Source of the DNA: Pseudomonadota bacterium
GTDB lineage: Bacteria > Pseudomonadota > Gammaproteobacteria > Burkholderiales > Ferrovaceae
Assembly: GCA_021805445.1 (NCBI GenBank)
Contig: JAJZFH010000047.1
Location: 161,322 to 201,321 of the forward strand
Length of the DNA: 40,000 bases
Direction of reading: 5' to 3'
Below the pieces are notes generated by a model. It saw only the letters and a program-made list of their open reading frames with translations. It had not been told where the DNA came from and searched no databases. A program made the translations under genes and the position numbers. The first letter of the stretch is position 1. The number at the start of each line of letters is the position of its first letter. Positions 35,474 to 40,000 of the stretch are shown one piece after another.

Positions 35474-36718
35474 ATGAGTAAACCGGTCCATCATCCTGCT
35501 TGTTTCGTCATGGGATCGGGCGATCCCTCGTCCATCGGCGGGGTAGATCTTCCACGCCTGGCCCATCAAATCGGCCAAACCCCCTTCTTTGCCTATGACC
35601 GCACACGGATCTTTGACCGTATCCGGCACCTGCGTTCCGTACTGCCCGAAGGAATTCACCTGCACTACGCCATCAAGGCCAATCCCATGCCAGCCGTGGT
35701 CCAGTTTCTCGCCACCCAGGTGGACGGTCTGGATGTGGCTTCCGGAGGAGAATTGGGCGTGGCGTTGGACACCCTGATCCCGCGCGCCCATATCAGTTTT
35801 GCCGGCCCCGGCAAATCCCACCGCGATCTTCTGATGGCCATGGCCGCAGGCGTCGTACTCAATCTGGAATCCGAAGGGGAACTGACGACAGTCTGCTCCT
35901 TGAGCGAACACCATGGCTACCGACCCAAAGTGGCCATCCGGGTCAACCCGGATTTTGAATTGCGGGGTTCCGGTATGCGCATGGGCGGCGGTGCCAAACC
36001 CTTTGGGGTCGATGTGGAACGGGTTCCTGCCATGGTCCGCCGCATCTTGTCCTCTGACCTGATTTTTCAGGGTTTTCATATTTTCAGCGGGTCACAGAGT
36101 CTCAAGGCGGATGCCCTCATCGAGGCTCAGAAAAATACGGTGGATCTGGCCATCCGACTGGTTCAGGAAACCGGGTGTCCCCTTCCCACCCTGAACTTGG
36201 GAGGAGGCTTCGGGATTCCTTATTTTCCTGGCGAATCTCCTCTGGAAGTCGAGCGGGTGGGAGAAGCCTTGCAGCACCTGTTATCTCATCTGCGCCAGCA
36301 GTTGCCCGATACCCAACCCGTCATCGAGTTGGGCCGTTACCTCGTCGGTGAAGCGGGCGTGTATGTGTGCCGCATCATCGACCGCAAGATTTCCCGGGGT
36401 CAGACCTTCCTCATCACCGATGGGGGACTCCACCACCACTTGGCGGCATCCGGCAATTTTGGTCAGGTCATCCGCAAGAATTATCCGGTGGCCATCGTCA
36501 CCCGCAAAAAATCCCCTCCTCTGGAAGAAGTCTCGGTGGTAGGCCCTCTGTGCACTCCACTCGACCTCCTGGCCGACAAAATGATCCTGCCCTGTGCCGA
36601 GGTAGGTGACCTGGTGGTAATCTACCAGTCTGGGGCCTATGGCCCGAGCGCCAGCCCTGCAGCCTTTCTGGGACACCCCTCAGCTCGTGAAGCGTTGATC
36701 GGAGACGTATCGCCATGA
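35474..36718 (+). CDS. PLP-dependent decarboxylase, Orn/DAP/Arg decarboxylase fold-III family (diaminopimelate-decarboxylase-like)
   Basis: PLP-lysine motif ..HYAIKANPMPAVV.., ..LNLGGGFGIPY.., active-site ..VVGPLCTPLDLL.. and ..YQSGAYGPSAS... Confidence 0.85.
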   Translation: MSKPVHHPACFVMGSGDPSSIGGVDLPRLAHQIGQTPFFAYDRTRIFDRIRHLRSVLPEGIHLHYAIKANPMPAVVQFLATQVDGLDVASGGELGVALDTLIPRAHISFAGPGKSHRDLLMAMAAGVVLNLESEGELTTVCSLSEHHGYRPKVAIRVNPDFELRGSGMRMGGGAKPFGVDVERVPAMVRRILSSDLIFQGFHIFSGSQSLKADALIEAQKNTVDLAIRLVQETGCPLPTLNLGGGFGIPYFPGESPLEVERVGEALQHLLSHLRQQLPDTQPVIELGRYLVGEAGVYVCRIIDRKISRGQTFLITDGGLHHHLAASGNFGQVIRKNYPVAIVTRKKSPPLEEVSVVGPLCTPLDLLADKMILPCAEVGDLVVIYQSGAYGPSASPAAFLGHPSAREALIGDVSP

Positions 36719-38388
36719 CCGCGTTGGCACTATTTTTTGGTCATCCACGCTTTCAGGAACGAGACCTGACCGAAATTTCCCGCACCCAGGGGATAGAGAG
36801 TGCATGGCGCGAAGCCTTTCGCCGTCATGGCCCTCAAGCCCCCAATCATGTTCAGGGAGACTTTGCCGTGGCTTTTTCGCCGGAGCCGGGCAAGACTTTC
36901 ATGGCCGTGGATCGCTTCGCGCGCCGTTCGTTATGTTATCGCGTCGAGAATTCCTCAACTCTCCACGTGGCCGCGCGCGCCGATGAAGTTACGGCATCCC
37001 CTTCGTCGATCGATATACAGGCCATTTATGACTACTTTCATTTTCATGTCATTCCCGCGCCGCGCACCATCTTCCAGAATGTGTTGCGTCTCCCTGCAGC
37101 GCATTATGGACTGTTCCACGAGGGGCAACTCACGGTCGCCCCGTACTGGATACCCCGGTTCACCTCACCCGGTCCATCCGACTTTTCTTCCTTGAAGGAA
37201 GAATTTCGGGACATTCTACGAAGTTCGGTTCAAAGCCAATGTCATGCAGGCGATCGAACCGGCTGTTTTCTCAGTGGGGGGACCGACAGTTCCACCGTTG
37301 CAGGGGTATTGAGCCAGCACCTCGGAGAAGGCGTACCCACCTACTCCATCGGCTTCGATGCGGAAGGCTATGATGAAATGGAGTACGCACGCCTCGCTGC
37401 CCGTCATTTCAAAACCCAGCACCATGAATACTATGTCACCCCGGAGGATCTGGTTCAGGGAATTCCGCGTGTCGCGGCCTACTACGACCAACCCTTTGGC
37501 AATTCTTCCGCCCTGCCCGGCTTCTACTGCGCCCAACGAGCCCAACAGGACGGGGTACAACGATTGCTGGCAGGAGATGGCGGGGATGAATTGTTTGGCG
37601 GAAACAGCCGCTACGCCAAGCAAAAGTTGTTTCACGCCTATACCCGCTTGCCTTCCATCCTGCGGCAAGGGCTTCTCGAACCTCTGGCACCTCTTTTCAA
37701 CCGACTCCCTCTGGCGCGCAAACTGGGCAGTTATATCGACCAGGCCAAGATCCCCATGCCGGACCGGATCACCGCCTATGGATTGCTGGAACACATCGGG
37801 GTGGAGAACATTTTTCCCGAACGGATTTTCTCCCTGTTTTCACCGAGGGCTTCTCGCACACTGGAACAAACGGTTTGGCACGCAACCGATGGAGCGGATT
37901 TCGTCAATCAGATGCTGGCCTATGACTGGCGCTTTACTCTGGCCGAAAATGATTTACCCAAGGTCTGCGGGACCTCAGCCCTGGCAGGCATCGAGGTCGG
38001 TTTTCCCTTGCTGGACGAGCGATTGGTGGATTTTTCCCTGAAACTCCCAACCCATTACAAGGTCAAGAACCTCAAACTGCGTTGGTTTTTCAAGGAAGCG
38101 TTACGAGGTTTCCTTCCGGACGAAATCATCACCAAGCAAAAGCATGGCTTCGGTCTTCCCTTCGGGGTATGGGTACTCCGTCATCCTCCCCTGCATCAAC
38201 TGGCCGAATCTTCCCTGCATCAGTTGGCCGAACGCGGACTGATCCGACATACCTTCGTGGATCAACTGTTCCAGCAACACTTACCCGACCATCCGGGGTT
38301 CTATGGGGAAATGGTGTGGATCCTCCTCATGCTGGAACAGTGGTTTCAAGCCCACGCCGACCACTACCAGTTCGCTCCCTCCGACTGA
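36715..38388 (+). CDS. Asparagine synthetase B-family ATP-dependent amide ligase with a degenerate (Cys-less) glutaminase domain
   Basis: PP-loop ..CFLSGGTDSSTVAG.. and ..LLAGDGGDELFGGNSRY... The N-terminus is MTALALFF.. (no Met-Cys nucleophile), and ..RRHGPQAPNHVQGDFAVAF.. skips the core of the Ntn domain. There is a 4-nt ATGA overlap with the decarboxylase. Confidence 0.85.
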   Translation: MTALALFFGHPRFQERDLTEISRTQGIESAWREAFRRHGPQAPNHVQGDFAVAFSPEPGKTFMAVDRFARRSLCYRVENSSTLHVAARADEVTASPSSIDIQAIYDYFHFHVIPAPRTIFQNVLRLPAAHYGLFHEGQLTVAPYWIPRFTSPGPSDFSSLKEEFRDILRSSVQSQCHAGDRTGCFLSGGTDSSTVAGVLSQHLGEGVPTYSIGFDAEGYDEMEYARLAARHFKTQHHEYYVTPEDLVQGIPRVAAYYDQPFGNSSALPGFYCAQRAQQDGVQRLLAGDGGDELFGGNSRYAKQKLFHAYTRLPSILRQGLLEPLAPLFNRLPLARKLGSYIDQAKIPMPDRITAYGLLEHIGVENIFPERIFSLFSPRASRTLEQTVWHATDGADFVNQMLAYDWRFTLAENDLPKVCGTSALAGIEVGFPLLDERLVDFSLKLPTHYKVKNLKLRWFFKEALRGFLPDEIITKQKHGFGLPFGVWVLRHPPLHQLAESSLHQLAERGLIRHTFVDQLFQQHLPDHPGFYGEMVWILLMLEQWFQAHADHYQFAPSD

Positions 38389-38437
38389 TCACAGATCTCC
38401 GACCTTTTGAGCAGGAAGATCCGGATCCTCTTCCGTC

Positions 38438-38884
38438 TCAGTGCGGAGCCCCCGGAGGCGCGGCGGGCACGGTGCGCCATGGCTCAGGACAATTCTGCAC
38501 ATAGGGGTAGTAACCCTTGGCAGAAGCGCAGTAAAACCAACTGTTGGCGGCGGTGTGCTGCTGGCTCTGCCCAGGGGGCGGCGGTGCCATGGACTGGGAA
38601 GGTTGCTGGCGCGGTGGCTGTGCCTGAGGAGGGGAGGAATAAACCATCGGTTGCTGCTGGACCACCACGGGCGGGGCAGCATAGACCACCGGCGCAGGGT
38701 AATAGGGGTAGGGATAAACACGGTAAGGATTTGCCAACTCCGCCCCTACCAGTGCCCCGGTTGCCAACCCCATCATTCCCCAACCCCAGCCCCAACCTCG
38801 ATCCGCCTGTGCAGGTACCGCCACCAAAGCACCCCAGACCCCCAATCCCAGAAGAAGCATTCGTACCGGTTTCAAACTCATCAT
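38438..38884 (-). CDS. Small exported protein: signal peptide, glycine-zipper/Trp-Gly repeat, Pro/Gln-rich linker, C-terminal two-Cys motif
   Basis: The ATG at 38884 is preceded by GGGAGAG. The product reads MMSLKPVRMLLLGLGVWGALVAVPAQA|DRGWGWGWGMMGLATGALVGAELA.., then a P/Q/V-rich stretch, then ..WFYCASAKGYYPYVQNCPEPWRTVP... No catalytic motif is present. Confidence 0.6.
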   Translation of the reverse strand: MMSLKPVRMLLLGLGVWGALVAVPAQADRGWGWGWGMMGLATGALVGAELANPYRVYPYPYYPAPVVYAAPPVVVQQQPMVYSSPPQAQPPRQQPSQSMAPPPPGQSQQHTAANSWFYCASAKGYYPYVQNCPEPWRTVPAAPPGAPH

Positions 38885-39071
38885 GGAATCTCTCCCAAAA
38901 AACCCAAAGCCCACGGAACAAGTGGACTCAATGGATAACGAAAAGTTCCCCCCCTCACGCACCATGCACGCCGCTGCATCGAAGGGATCCTCAGGGGCTT
39001 GTCAAATTCGTACGAACGCATACAATACACCCTACACTTCCGATTTTACTCCGATCTCACAAGGATGATCC

Positions 39072-39677
39072 ATGAAACTCTACTTCAGCCCCGGGGCCTG
39101 TTCTCTTTCCCCGCATATCGTGTTGTGCGAACTCGGCGTGCCCTTCGATCTGGTCAAGGTCGACCTGCGCTCCAAGCAACTGAGTGATGGTTCCGATTTC
39201 TGCGCGATCAACCCCAAGGGCTACGTTCCACTGCTGATTCTCGACGACGGAACGAAACTCACCGAAGGCCCGGCCATCGTTCAATATCTGGCGGACCTCA
39301 AGCCAGAATCGGGTCTGGCCCCCGCCAATGGAACCCTGCCGCGCTACCAACTGCAGTCCTGGCTCAACTTCATTTCCACGGAATTGCACAAACAATTCAG
39401 CCCGCTTTTCAACCCCACGTTCCCTGACCCCATCAAGGACTTCCAGAAAGAGCGTCTGGCACTGCGCTTCAATCAACTCGTCGATACCCTGAAAACCCAG
39501 GAGTACCTCCTACCCGGTGGATTCACTGTCGCCGATGCCTACCTGTTCACCGTCCTGGGATGGGCCCGGCCCATGGGCATTTCTCTGGAACGCTGGCCCG
39601 AACTCCAGGCCTATATGGCGCGGATTCAGTCCCGACCCGCCGTTCAAGCGGCCCAGCAGGCGGAAAAAAACGGATAA
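39072..39677 (+). CDS. Glutathione S-transferase (beta-class, GstA/GstB-like)
   Basis: MKLYFSPGACSLSPHIVL.. (the beta-class Cys10 context), ..INPKGYVPLL.. and ..LTEGPAIVQYLAD.., with a C-terminal helical domain. Confidence 0.9.
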   Translation: MKLYFSPGACSLSPHIVLCELGVPFDLVKVDLRSKQLSDGSDFCAINPKGYVPLLILDDGTKLTEGPAIVQYLADLKPESGLAPANGTLPRYQLQSWLNFISTELHKQFSPLFNPTFPDPIKDFQKERLALRFNQLVDTLKTQEYLLPGGFTVADAYLFTVLGWARPMGISLERWPELQAYMARIQSRPAVQAAQQAEKNG

Positions 39678-39805
39678 CTCCGAATACAACACCCCGTGCC
39701 CGGAGAAGCCCTATCCACGAAGACGATCTTTCAGGAACTGGATGAAGGCCCGTAGCGGATTGTTGCTGTCGCCCCCCGCGTAAAAGCAGGATCCAGGAGT
39801 GCTTC

Positions 39806-40000
39806 ATGAACGATGATGGCGTGGGCCGGAACAGGCTCAAGCGGTACCGAAGACCCTTATTGGCGGCAGGACCCTTGCTTCTCCTGGCGATTGCCGGATT
39901 CCTGTATTTCAAAAACCTGAACCGGGTTTCCACGGACGATGCTTATGTCGTTGCTGCGCGCACAGACATCAGCACCAACGTGGCTGGTCGGGTAGTCGAA
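39806..40000 (+). CDS. HlyD/EmrA-family membrane-fusion protein, 5' part only (runs off the window)
   Basis: The ATG at 39806 is preceded by CAGGAG. The product MNDDGVGRNRLKRYRRPLLAAGPLLLLAIAGFLYFKNLNRVSTDDAYVVAARTDISTNVAGRVV has a TM anchor plus the ..TDDAYV..xxxIxxxVxGxV.. start of EmrA-type adaptors. It is not in the ORF track because it has no stop in the window. Confidence 0.7.
   Translation, partial: MNDDGVGRNRLKRYRRPLLAAGPLLLLAIAGFLYFKNLNRVSTDDAYVVAARTDISTNVAGRVVE

Noticed and set aside
33189-36079. Minus-strand ORFs of 321 aa (33189-34154), 209 aa (34397-35026) and 334 aa (35075-36079) opposite the dehydrogenase, epimerase and decarboxylase genes
   Set aside because: They are antisense artefacts. 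Each sense gene has complete cofactor and catalytic motifs.
38414-38434. Hairpin GGAAGA-N9-TCTTCC between the convergent AsnB-like and exported-protein genes, considered as a bidirectional terminator
   Set aside because: The stem is only 6 bp and there is no flanking U/T tract on either strand. This is too weak to call.
38404-39075. Pro-rich plus-strand ORFs (321-aa-like, 222 aa and 165 aa) overlapping the small exported-protein gene
   Set aside because: They are the complement of a Gly/Trp/Pro-rich gene. The minus-strand ORF has an SD sequence, a signal peptide and a coherent domain layout, whereas the plus-strand products are featureless P/R-rich strings.
1-40000. Scan for CRISPR arrays, intact IS elements or transposases, rRNA, and reverse-transcriptase or defence-system genes
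   Set aside because: No regularly spaced repeats, no transposase-like ORFs and no nuclease-, helicase- or RT-type accessory genes were recognised. The only mobile-element trace is the tRNA-Arg island remnant.

Overview
The window looks like chromosomal DNA from a GC-rich Gram-negative proteobacterium. I cannot assign a species from sequence alone. It is mostly core housekeeping genes: lysC, valS, holC, pepA, lptF, aceE, apt, tRNA-Ser(GCU) and tRNA-Arg(ACG). Four accessory or unusual regions interrupt this backbone. (1) 1269-5773: a minus-strand cluster of a fused class II aldolase/short-chain dehydrogenase, then mtnP, apt and mtnA. It looks like a compact salvage route for 5'-methylthioadenosine and 5'-deoxyadenosine (a 'DHAP-shunt'-like route). 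(2) 6140-12461: a surface-polysaccharide locus with a WbpM/CapD-type dehydratase, a Wzx-like flippase, a zinc-ribbon methyltransferase and two GT2 glycosyltransferases. It abuts the 3' side of tRNA-Ser. (3) 15372-16597: a 1.2-kb decayed integrative island at tRNA-Arg. It is bounded by a 45-nt direct repeat of the tRNA 3' half and holds an integrase stump plus an intact HigB/HigA-type toxin-antitoxin pair. A 5'-truncated GGDEF gene follows it directly. (4) 33132-38388: a tightly coupled four-gene operon of a UDP-HexNAc 6-dehydrogenase, a 4-epimerase, a PLP-dependent DAP-decarboxylase-like enzyme and an asparagine-synthetase-like enzyme lacking the glutaminase nucleophile. I regard this as the best candidate for an undescribed sugar-uronamide modification system. 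No CRISPR array, intact IS element or rRNA was seen. All calls rest on reading the ORF translations for family motifs. Start codons are approximate, and no database search was possible.
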